A stretch of DNA of 20,000 bases from Proteromonas lacertae (GCA_002245135.1 NGBS01001205.1:44297-64296); one strand, 5' to 3'. Shown: positions 1 through 9,858, counted from the first letter of the stretch. The notes: generated from the sequence alone by a model not told the origin. Numbers and translations are program-made.

Positions 1-673
1 GAATATTTATAAGATATTCACATAATTCTTTTATATGTTTTGTGTAAACTAATAAAGGAAATGTTATCATTGCATCTCCCCATTTTTTTTTATTAAATTT
101 TAATATTTTAAATGGATTCCATTCGTTATATCTAATTTTGTTTGTATAAAGAAAATACGGTTTATTATCATTATCAAAGAGTATATATTTTGTTACTTTC
201 ATAGTAAATATACTATCTGAATCCATAAAAGCAATATATTTATTTGGAAGACAATACTTATAAGATATATATGCTGAATATTCTTTTCTCAAAAACCCAT
301 AAACCTCATAATCTTCATAATATACTTCCCAATTGCCTATTATGTATGATTCTAAATATGTATACCCTTTATCCAATAGAATTACTTTTTTCCCTATATT
401 TGAAGGCCAAAATAGGTTATAGTTATTAATTACAGATAGTATGTATCCTTGAGTGAAGTTAGATAAAGATATAAATAAACAAATTGATATATTATCCCAT
501 TTTGTTTTACTTTTTTCTTCATACAATTTAAAGTAATTGTTAGACATTTCATACAATGAATTACTTTTTAGTTTATTTCTTTTTGTTATACTCTTTAATC
601 TGATATAATAATTTGTAAAATAAACAACAATTAATAAATAAATTACAAAATAAGTAATTGATTTTATATACAT
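1..673 (-). CDS. Type II membrane GT-A-fold glycosyltransferase-like protein (DUF6492-like), intronless, runs off the window edge
   Basis: Not in the ORF track. Manual translation from ATG at 673 stays open to position 1: MYIKSITYFVIYLLIVVYFTNYY (signal anchor)...NLFWPSNIGKKVILLD...KYIAFMDSDSIFTMKVTKYILFDNDNKPY. The DxD motif follows a hydrophobic beta strand, typical of GT-A enzymes. Confidence 0.75.
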   Translation of the reverse strand, partial: MYIKSITYFVIYLLIVVYFTNYYIRLKSITKRNKLKSNSLYEMSNNYFKLYEEKSKTKWDNISICLFISLSNFTQGYILSVINNYNLFWPSNIGKKVILLDKGYTYLESYIIGNWEVYYEDYEVYGFLRKEYSAYISYKYCLPNKYIAFMDSDSIFTMKVTKYILFDNDNKPYFLYTNKIRYNEWNPFKILKFNKKKWGDAMITFPLLVYTKHIKELCEYLINI

Positions 674-808
674 ATAAAGTAATTAACTGGTTAAAATATT
701 CTTTTATATATATTGTGAATATAATAGTACTACTTTACTTATACTTTTTATCAACATAATAGTGCTAAAGAATTCAGCTGGGCTAAAGTTATTTGTTGTA
801 CTTACAAG

Positions 809-1267
809 TATTGGATTAAGAGGACTGAAGTATTTAGCATTGAATAAAAGTATAATACCAGATCCTTCAATCAACATCTTAACCTGGTCTGAATGATGAA
901 TATTTTCATTGTCCATAAAAAAGCAGAATTTACCTTTTAGTTTTAGATCATCTAATAAGTACTTAAAGTATGTTGTAAATACCTCATAGTAGCTATAATT
1001 GTAATATCAGTAGCACCTCTTGCCATGTGAACGATTGGTGTTGTTCCTTCGACAGACCTTGCACATCCATTTACAAGTCCCATGCTCCAATGAGTGTCAT
1101 CTAAGTAAATTGAACGAAAACCATGTCTAGTATAATATCTTAATAATTTAATATCTTCAATTCTTTCCTTTAGTAATGTTGTATTCTGTCATTCTTTTGT
1201 TGCGATCACGACAAATAGTTGATTTAGATAAATGCTTACCAGTTTCTGTGAAGATTTTTTCTTTTAA
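809..1267 (-). pseudogene. IS630/Tc1-mariner-type transposase remnant (winged HTH plus DDE domain), frameshifted and truncated
   Basis: Minus-strand pieces across frames: LKEKIFTETGKHLSKSTICR (HTH), RSIYLDDTHWSMG..ARSVEGTTPIV..RGATDITIIATM (first catalytic D region), CFFMDNENIHH..LLFNAKYFSPLNPI (DN-xx-H and YSP-LNPIE-like motifs, cut just before the E). Includes track ORF 704..916. Confidence 0.85.
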
Positions 1268-1309
1268 AAAATATAAGTATTATGCAATATTGTACAAGTA
1301 AGTTGCAAA

Positions 1310-1470
1310 ACACTATAAGAAGAAATATATGTTGCAACAAGCAGTCGGCTTGAGTTTATCTTTATAAGTAATTGTTAGTTTGTTTATTTTTCAATCTCTA
1401 TATACTTTATAATACACATAAATTAGCACTAATACAAATTCCATTTCTATTTAATAAGCGTAATTTTTAT
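1310..1470 (-). repeat. Diverged inverted copy of the region upstream of the GT10 gene (partner ~2410-2570)
   Basis: Reverse complement aaatggaatttgtattagtgctaatttatgtgtattataaagtata aligns with aaatggaatttgtgttgttgctaaattatgtgtattaaatagtata at ~2435-2478. Weaker similarity extends toward the GT10 ATG. Confidence 0.75.
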
Positions 1471-1675
1471 ACAATATATTAAGCATCAATAGCAATAGTA
1501 GAAAATGAAATTAAGGTTGTAAAATAAATAGAACTTAATAACTTTAATTTATTAATACTTAATATTGAAATTGAAAAAGCAAGCTTAAAAAGGCATTAAA
1601 TAGAATAGAAGTTTTAAGAAACTGTGTTATAGATTCAGATGTTAAGAACTTAATAACTATTCATAAAGTACATGC

Positions 1676-2305
1676 TGCTACGCAATGTTTGTCATAGTTG
1701 GCCGTTTGTCTACCAGACACATTTAAAACAAATTAAATGTATATTCTTACTTGTCTTGATGAAATATTGTTACTTTTATACTTACTTTGTTATGTGCCCT
1801 GCCTCTATAGTATACTTTTTTGTTAATATAAATAGTTTGAATATTTGCGCCGTTTGTTTTCTAGAACTTTTTGAAGCAAACTAAATACATATTTAACTAA
1901 TATAGACTAAAATACATTAGATGAAATGATTAGTACAACTTAATGTTGATCCTAAGACATTTAAAATGAAAAAAGAAAATATAGAATCAAGCCTTACTCG
2001 AGCCTATTTTTTCATTTCTTTTTATATAGAATTTTATAATTAATATATTCTAATCATTTCAGCTAATGTATTTTAGTCTGCATTAGCTAAATATGCATTT
2101 AGTTTGCTTCAAAAATTTATAGAAAACAAAAGGCACAAATATTCAAACTATTTATATTAACAAAAAAGTATACTGCAGAGGTAGGTCATATAACAAAGTA
2201 AGTATATAAGTAACAATATTTCATCAAGACAAGTAAGAATATACATTTAGTTTGTTTTAAAAGTGTCTAATAGACAAACGGCCAACTATGAAACGGCACA
2301 CAACA
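1676..2305. mobile_element. Foldback / long-TIR non-autonomous element E1 (~630 bp)
   Basis: Imperfect inverted arms ~1676-1933 and ~2050-2305 (e.g. catagttggccgtttgtcta / tagacaaacggccaactatg), ~116-bp asymmetric spacer, TG..CA ends, no coding capacity, no matching flanks. Confidence 0.9.
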
Positions 2306-2555
2306 TTTTTTTATAAAATGTGCAATTTCTATAGTTGTTGTTAAAAAACGAAAAACTTGATGCAACAGAAAAGCTTGATTTAGTTTTTTCATTTTTCTAT
2401 TATTTAGAAAAAATAATTACAGTTATTGAATAAAAATGGAATTTGTGTTGTTGCTAAATTATGTGTATTAAATAGTATAAAAATTCTCAAATACAAACAA
2501 ACAAAAAATAATAATAAAAATTCGAACCTTCTATAAATAAGATATATTTTCTATT

Positions 2556-3551
2556 ATGAAGTATTTTAATATGAAGTTAATAATGTTTGTTTTTTTATTT
2601 ATTATAGTTGGGTATAAAATCAACAAGACAAATACTATTCATATAAATATTTACTATATGAAAAAATTATTTTTGATTAATACTAGTCTACATAATTGCG
2701 GAAATCTAAAGTGCTATTTGTCAAAATATAATAATTCAAATTATAATGCTATTATTTATAGTATTAATGACATAAATGTGCAAATAAATAAAGATAAAAA
2801 AAGAATATATATGTTATGCAACACAGAAGCTTTAAGTAGATGGAAAAACACAAAAAGAATTATTGATGGTAATAATGAAAAATTTGACGTTTTAATTAGT
2901 TATAAACTTCTCATATCAAAACATCATTTTTCATATCCATATTACAAGAATATTGACAATATTATTAATGATGGAAAAGAATCCATAAAGTCAATTGATA
3001 ACTTTATGAAAAGAAAAGATATTGTGTTTATTTATAGACAACCATACAAAAATAGAAACAGATTGTGTGTCATGTTTGAAAAAAGGATGAAAGTAGATAA
3101 ATATGGCTTAGCATTTAAGAATCATCTTAAATGGCCTGATAATATAACCAATCAAAAATATTTATTAATAAGAAATTATAAATTCTGTTTGGCAATTGAA
3201 AATACTATTAATCAAGTGAAATGGGGTCAACTACATTCAGATCCAATTGATGATGATTATGTAACAGAAAAATTATGGGATTGTATGAGAGGAGGATCAA
3301 TTCCCATATATTTTGGAGCTAAAAATGTTGATAAATTTTATCCAACTAATTTTTCAATAATTAATGCAAAAGATTATAAAAACTACACAGAACTAATAAA
3401 TTATGTATATTCAATAAGAAATAATAAAACAATACTTGCACAGTATATTAACTGGCCTTACAATTATTCTAAAGAATGGTATAATAGAATGATAAAATTT
3501 TCCACATCACCTTGTAAATTATGTAAATACATTAAAAATTATTATAATTGA
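2556..3551 (+). CDS. GT10-family alpha-1,3/1,4-fucosyltransferase, intronless
   Basis: N-terminal signal anchor and the GT10 signature YKFCLAIEN...DDYVTEKLWDCMRGGSIPIYFGA...SIINAKDY. Confidence 0.92.
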   Translation: MKYFNMKLIMFVFLFIIVGYKINKTNTIHINIYYMKKLFLINTSLHNCGNLKCYLSKYNNSNYNAIIYSINDINVQINKDKKRIYMLCNTEALSRWKNTKRIIDGNNEKFDVLISYKLLISKHHFSYPYYKNIDNIINDGKESIKSIDNFMKRKDIVFIYRQPYKNRNRLCVMFEKRMKVDKYGLAFKNHLKWPDNITNQKYLLIRNYKFCLAIENTINQVKWGQLHSDPIDDDYVTEKLWDCMRGGSIPIYFGAKNVDKFYPTNFSIINAKDYKNYTELINYVYSIRNNKTILAQYINWPYNYSKEWYNRMIKFSTSPCKLCKYIKNYYN

Positions 3552-3631
3552 TAATTAAAATAATATAAGGTAAGAGATTTTAGCATGTTTTAGCATATGT
3601 TTCATTTTGTAAAGATCTCCAAATATATATG

Positions 3632-4900
3632 TCAAAATATAGAAGTTTCTAAATCACTAAACGACTTATTTGTTTGGTGTATTATACCAACTTCAAAATA
3701 AGGAACATTACTATTATGTTCATTGGTAGATCTTAGCTCATCAATTAATCTATTTATATTACTAAGTCTAGTACCTATAAATGCAATACATCTTAGTGAC
3801 AGTTGTATGTCACTAATCACGTTAAGTAAATGATTATTTTTCCAGTTATTATTTCCATCATTGTATCTAGAATAATTTAAATAAAACACGTTATAATCTG
3901 AATTTATAAAAGTATTTATTGTATTTCTATCATCAGTTGATAAATAAACATTAAATTTTCTTTTAATTAATCTGCGAAATAATTCTATTGCTACAAAATA
4001 TTTCTTTGTATCAATTAACTTCATTTCAATATATTTATCTCCATGTCTTACCCATACATTAATGCAAGGATATTTATAGATGTTTTTGCAGTTAAAGTTA
4101 CATTTTATTAAATTCTTAATTAGATTGTTTGAAGTGTCAATAGTTTTTGTGTTTAAATTATATATGTATTTTGATAGTTGTGTGTTCCAATAATGTCTAT
4201 AATATGATGGAGATATAGATGATAACTGTAGATATTTCTGAACTTTATGTGGAACAGGAGAAACGTTGTAGTTACAAATATTTGGTAGAACAAATTTTTC
4301 ATTTCCGTATGCATCTTTTGATATATTTTTTATTATAGTATAGTATATACTACAATTTGACAATTGTAAAAAATATTTGCTAATATAAGTAGAATGAATT
4401 AATACAACCCTATTCGTATTAATAGCCAATGAAAGATAACAACCAAAAGCATGAATAGCAGCACCAAAACCAAATTTCCAATTTGGTATAATTAAATAAT
4501 TCTGATTATCACATGAAATAGGATGTTGTGATTTAAAAATTATACTTTGAATAAAGTTAGTTCCTTCTAATTCATTAGAGAAGTTACTACAAACATATTT
4601 CCCTGATTTATATGATCTATGTGTTTTTATTTCTCCATTATTATAGCATATAATATAATGAGATATATGTAATATTGTTTCGCATAGCTGACAATCTGAA
4701 GAATCTAACAACCTTTTATAATATTCATATCCATTTGTGTTTACATTATATATTATATTTGAACTGTTACAGTTTTCACGATTTATTATTCTCTTACATT
4801 CTTTGTATATGAAACTAAAATTTATGTTGTTTTTAATTTTTATGATATGATAAAATATTACACAAATGAATGTAATAATTAAAATGACTATACATTTCAT
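3632..4900 (-). CDS. GT23-like (FUT8/NodZ-type) alpha-1,6-fucosyltransferase, intronless
   Basis: Signal anchor; GFGAAIH..LSLAINTNRVVL; motif I VWVRHGDKYIE; motif II VYLSTDD; motif III DIQLSLRCIAFIGTRLSNINRLIDELR. Confidence 0.88.
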   Translation of the reverse strand: MKCIVILIITFICVIFYHIIKIKNNINFSFIYKECKRIINRENCNSSNIIYNVNTNGYEYYKRLLDSSDCQLCETILHISHYIICYNNGEIKTHRSYKSGKYVCSNFSNELEGTNFIQSIIFKSQHPISCDNQNYLIIPNWKFGFGAAIHAFGCYLSLAINTNRVVLIHSTYISKYFLQLSNCSIYYTIIKNISKDAYGNEKFVLPNICNYNVSPVPHKVQKYLQLSSISPSYYRHYWNTQLSKYIYNLNTKTIDTSNNLIKNLIKCNFNCKNIYKYPCINVWVRHGDKYIEMKLIDTKKYFVAIELFRRLIKRKFNVYLSTDDRNTINTFINSDYNVFYLNYSRYNDGNNNWKNNHLLNVISDIQLSLRCIAFIGTRLSNINRLIDELRSTNEHNSNVPYFEVGIIHQTNKSFSDLETSIF

Positions 4901-5051
4901 TAGTTTTCCATAATCAACCTCTTAATCTCATCAAAATTCTTTGTTGATTATGGTATATAATATTCATATAACATTTATAGACAATGCTTTACTTAAATTT
5001 AAGCAAAACTACAGTAATTTCTTCAATGTGCAACCTTGGTCATGAACATTG

Positions 5052-5148
5052 AGACTAAAATACACAACCAAGGTGAGGAGTACTGCATAGGCTTGTTTTA
5101 AAAGTGTCTAATAGACAAACGGCCAACTATGACAAACGGCGCACAGCA
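5052..5148. mobile_element. Deleted remnant (solo end) E3 of the E1 foldback family
   Basis: 5093-5148 (ttgttttaaaagtgtctaatagacaaacggccaactatgacaaacggcgcacagca) matches the E1 right end at 2252-2305. 5052-5064 (agactaaaataca) matches E1 1904-1916. Confidence 0.88.
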
Positions 5149-5160
5149 GTTTATATAAAT

Positions 5161-6959
5161 ATGGAATTTAGAAACGATATACAAGAAATCAGAGCAATTG
5201 CTTTTTTATTAGTTTTTATTTATCATCTTAATGATAAAATAATACCAGGAGGTTTTATAGGTGTAGATATCTTTTTTGTTATATCTGGTTTTATAATATC
5301 ACAATCTATTTTTAAACTATATGCTAATTATACAGGACTATATGTGTTTTATTCAAGAAGGATTAAAAGACTATTTCCAAGTAGTATTATTTGTTTGTTG
5401 TGTTATTATTTTTATCACCCTACTGTTACTAAAAATAGCAATGAAGAATTACAACTCTATCATGATATTATATCAGCATTATTATGTTTATCAAATGTTA
5501 GGTTTTATAGAATTACTAAGAGTTATTTTCAAAGTGAAAAGAAATCTATTATTATTAATTATTGGTCTTTATCCCTAGAAGAACAATTTTATATTTTATA
5601 TCCTATTATATATTTCTGTTCTAGAATATTTTATTATTTTAATATTTTGGGATTAGTTATAAGTTTATGTTGTTGTATTATTAATACATATTCAGATGAT
5701 TCCTCATCTTATTATTTGTTACACAATAGAGTATGGGAAATATTGCTAGGATGCATAGTCAGTAAATCTCACCACATTTACTCTTTAAATCCTCAATTAG
5801 TATTATATATAATAATTATATCATCTTATGTAATTGGAATATATACCATTTTAATATTCCCAGGATTTATAGCATTATTTCCAACATTATTAACATCATT
5901 ATTATTAATCCAAAAGAATAAAACACTATATAACTCCAAAATATTATTACAAATTGGAAACATGTCTTATATATTATATTTGTTTCACTATCCCATTATA
6001 CAGAATAACAAAAAATATTATATTATTGTGAGTAAACTTATTATAATTACATACATGATATACTCATATATAGAACTACCTGTAAGAAATTTTAATAATT
6101 TCAATTATATAAATATATCATGTTTTATTTCATTATATTTGTTTATAATAACTCTCCGTTATTCAATAAGAAATAGTAGAAAAGAAAAAATGATAAATAT
6201 ATATAATGCAACTACATTTTGTACAGCAAAGCAGTGTAATAATTATACAACTCAGCTAATTCAAAAAACCCTTTTACTAATAGGTGATTCTCACCTGCTT
6301 CAATATTTATATGTAATTATAAAAGTAGTAAGTAATTATAATATAAATAATATCCTTATTATATTAACATGGATAATAAATATAGAGAAAAATTACATAT
6401 CTATTTCAAATTTCATTAAAAGCTTAAATAATGTTAAGATGTGTATGATATCGTTATATGTAGATTATGCTTTTCAGTTTGCAGATAAAAAGACATTTGA
6501 AAAAGGATTTATATATATTATTGAAAATATATTAAATTTAACTAAAGGTATAATTATATTTCAAGATAATATAATTACATATATACTTAATAATACAAAA
6601 AATATTTACTTCCTATATTAAACAATAAAAAAATTACATATATAGATATTTTTAATTCATATTGCAAAGGAAAGGAACACTGTTTAGATAATATATATTC
6701 TAAAACTATTTTTATGGACATGAATCATTTAAATAAAGAATTTGTATGTAAATCAGTATTAATCTTTAAACTAATAAATGAAGCAGTAGAAATATATTTA
6801 AATAAAACTAATTACATAGATGTGGAATGTTATTTATTAGATATCAAGACATATTCCAAATATAACTCAGCCATATTAAAGAAATATAATATAATTACAA
6901 TGAAAAATATTAGGAGTAATATGTTTGGTTTTATTCATATGCCAAGTTTCAATTATTAA
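5161..6959 (+). CDS. OafA/YrhL-like O-acetyltransferase (acyltransferase-3 membrane domain + SGNH domain), one frameshift
   Basis: MEFRNDIQEIRAIA..H..GGFIGVDIFFVISGFII..RRIKRLFP..YWSLSLEEQFYIL..GNMSYILYLFHYPI, then SGNH LIGDSH. Adding one A to the A6 run at 6597-6602 joins the frame of track ORF 6714..6959, giving ..YIDIFNSYCKGKEHC..FMDMNHL (DxxH). The exact 3' end is uncertain. Confidence 0.88.
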
Positions 6960-7048
6960 TAAGACTAAATTAGTTCAAACCTAACAAATTTAGTAAAAAT
7001 GAATATTTACTTTACCAGAAGGTGAATTAGATATATTTCTTCCAATGG

Positions 7049-7330
7049 AAACTCAATAGATAAAAATGCAATAAAGGTGTTGAACTGAGTGAAGTAGATT
7101 GTTCTAAATAATTAATTGAAACAAAATAATATTTCTTTTGCTCTTTTGTAAGATATATATGGACTGTAATCTTAATATCATTCTCCTTATTAAGCTTCCT
7201 GTAATAAAATATCCTGACAAAGTAAAGAAAATATCAACACCTATAAATCCTCCCTTAAAATACTTATTCTTTTGATGAAAGTAAAAAACAAAAATCATTG
7301 CAAAAAATCGAACAGATTGTTATTATTTCT
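7049..7330 (-). pseudogene. Third OafA-like acyltransferase, heavily deleted relic
   Basis: QSVRFFAMIFVFYFH..KGGFIGVDIFFTLSGYFITGSL, then other-frame pieces PLLHF and LSIEF (from the HxWSLSIExQ motif). It directly abuts the stop of the upstream paralogue. Confidence 0.85.
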
Positions 7331-9053
7331 TAACAACCTCTGTAGTAGTATTTTCCATGAATATAAAAATTACACAATTTTATTGTTTTCTTTTCTTTCA
7401 TCTTAATATTTAGTGTTTGTGAAAATATTATATTGAAATCATTACAAAATTTTGATGTAAAGAGAGGTGATAAATGTGAAGCTGTATCATACACACTTAT
7501 TCTATTTATTATACATTTGCATATGCCATTTTTACATATATCATTATTGAAAGAAATATAAAGTGTGTTATTAATTTCAGGTATAAATTTACGATGTAAA
7601 GTGCAATTAATACCATCTACCATATAGCAGTATTTGCTATGATGTTCATAACATTGTAAACATATATTATTATTCTTTAGCTTAGGACTATCTTCAATAA
7701 AAATTGATTTAGGAATAAATGAGTTATAATATTTTATCATATTAACAATTTTTGATGTTATTGTATTAATATTATCACTCATGTCATGTATTACAAAACC
7801 GAAAATTACTAACATCCAATGAACGTTATTATTATTAAAGTACTTATTATAAATTACCATATAATCATCAACATATAAGTGAAAGTAAAAATAATGCATC
7901 ATTATACCTTTAGATCGAATATAAGGAAGCATTGCAGGAATCCATTGTTCTAAATGAGAATCTCCAACCAATAATATATTTCTATTTGATAGAACATCTT
8001 TTTTTGTCAAATGACAGTGGCTACACCATAATTTAATTGATGCTTTGTTACTCTGTCTCACAATATTTATATTCTCATCTATTTTTTTTGTAGATATAAT
8101 GTCTCTAATTTTAATCCATACCAATATAAAGCATATAGTTATAATTATTATAATAAATCTACCATATTTTCTAATATTGTTTTCTATAAAGTAATCATTA
8201 ATTACTGCAGTAAATAGTGAATAAATAATTCCATTTACAACTTTATAATTGTTGTTGCAATAAATATAATGATATAAATATAACGAATATGATATTTTTC
8301 CAAAGAAAATCATTGTTTTATTTATCACCATGCCATCATTTATTAGTATGTAATTATTACATACGTTACTAGATATTATAGATACTACTATGATATTTAT
8401 AATTATATAATAGAGTTTATAAATATTCAAAATAATAATTAGAAATATTGCTAAATAGGTGTTGATATTAATTTTGAATTTTGTTATTATTGAAAGTAAA
8501 TAATACCAGATTCTAATTAAAGTATTATAATAATAATAATTATCTACACAATATAATTCACAAATCAAATCATATGAAAATGAAAGAATAATAACAATAT
8601 AAAATATAAATTCGTTTATATTCATTCCTTTGAGTAATAAAAGAATAATGTATAGTTGAAATATAACAGAAATATACCATAGATGAAGGAAAGATGAATT
8701 ATTCTCTTTTAGAAAATAATCACTACCGCTATATATCAATCTAACATTAAAAGTAAATGTTAATGCACATAATATATCAATCACTTCTTTTTCATTAATT
8801 ATATTTTGTTTAGTAATATATAATGTAATGATTAATAAAAATAAGTAATAACTAGGAGATATTCTTTTGTATCTAGAGAGGATGCTTTTTAATAATGAAT
8901 TATCGGACTTAGTAAATGATAAATATCCTGATATATTTATAAATACAATTACACCAACATAACCATATTTAAATACTGATATATTACTATGATAAAAACA
9001 ATAAATAGAATTGAATAACCTTTTAATACTTCTAAATCATTTCTATAATTCAT
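7330..9053 (-). CDS. Second OafA/YrhL-like O-acetyltransferase (AT3 + SGNH), one frameshift near the 5' end
   Basis: ATG at 9053 gives MNYRNDLEVLKGYSILFIV. One extra base in the A5 run at 8994-8998 restores FYH..GYVGVIVFINISGYL..RYKRISP into track ORF 7330..8784 (LHLWYISVIFQLY, GKISYSLYLYHY, LVGDSHLEQW, YDTASHLS). Confidence 0.88.
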
Positions 9054-9221
9054 ATAATTTTCTTAATACCACTAATTAAGTTTGGCATTTCTGTGGTTAT
9101 ATAAATAATGTCTGTAATATATTATTTTGTTTTTAATGTTTTGATAACCACATTTGTCGAAACAGTAAGAATAGCACCTATGTCTGTCATTCACTACTAG
9201 AGATTATGAACTGTTGTTGTG

Positions 9222-9858
9222 TGTTGTTCCCCGTATGGCGGAAATCCCCGTATGGCGGAACTCTATATTCCAGAATGATTCAATCAAAACTAATATGATA
9301 TTCATGATGTTCGGAGTTAGTTATTAACAAATATATAGTTAGTTTGTCATATGACCTACATCTGTGATATACTTATTTATGAACTTCATTGTTCTCAATA
9401 TTAAACTAATTTTCTTATATTTTCTATTTTAATGTATCATTGACTACTATAGTCTAAAATACATTATTTGATATGAAAAGAATACAATAATTTTAATGTT
9501 AAGGCAGTAAAAATAAATTTAACAACTGGCTTGAGAGAGGCTTGAATATATTTTTTCTTTTTTCTGTTTTCTGTACTTTAACATAAAAAATAATGTATTC
9601 TATTTATATCAGATAATGTATTTTAGACTGTAGTAGTCAATGATACATTAAAATAGAAAATATACAAAAATTAGTTTAATATTGAGAATAATGAAGTTCA
9701 TAAAAAAGTATATCACAGATGTAGGTCATATGACAAACTAACTATATATTTGTTAATAACTAACTCCGAACATCATGAATATCATATTAGTTTTGATTGA
9801 ATCATTCTGGAATATAGAGTTCCGCCATACGGGGATTTCCGCCATACGGGGAACAACA
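9222..9858. mobile_element. Foldback / long-TIR non-autonomous element E2 (~637 bp)
   Basis: Inverted arms ~9222-9507 and ~9571-9858. The outer ~150 bp are perfectly complementary (first mismatch at 9375). End sequence TGTTGTTC-CCCGTATGGCGGAAATC-CCCGTATGGCGGAACTC; ~63-bp spacer. Confidence 0.95.

Noticed and set aside
244..429. Small shadow ORFs (also 5321..5578, 10524..10772, 11268..11450, 12809..13078)
   Set aside because: Antisense or alternate-frame overlaps of better-supported genes, with no motifs.
705..810. Possible GT34-like fragment (YCEYN..FSWAKVI) on the plus strand
   Set aside because: Short, frameshifted, and could be chance without a profile search.
1672..1884. Track ORF of 70 aa
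   Set aside because: Lies wholly in the E1 arm and has no protein motifs.
5104..5160. GTG start and N-terminal extension of the acyltransferase ORF
   Set aside because: Translates the element remnant; family homology begins at ATG 5161.
1..9100. Bacterial or viral contaminant explanation for the island
   Set aside because: Composition is similar to the eukaryotic half, the glycosyltransferases have signal anchors, and there is no operon-like layout or viral hallmark gene. Read-level confirmation is still needed.
9222..9263. 17-bp tandem repeats as a CRISPR or iteron array
   Set aside because: Only two adjacent copies per end with no spacers; explained as subterminal repeats in a eukaryotic context.
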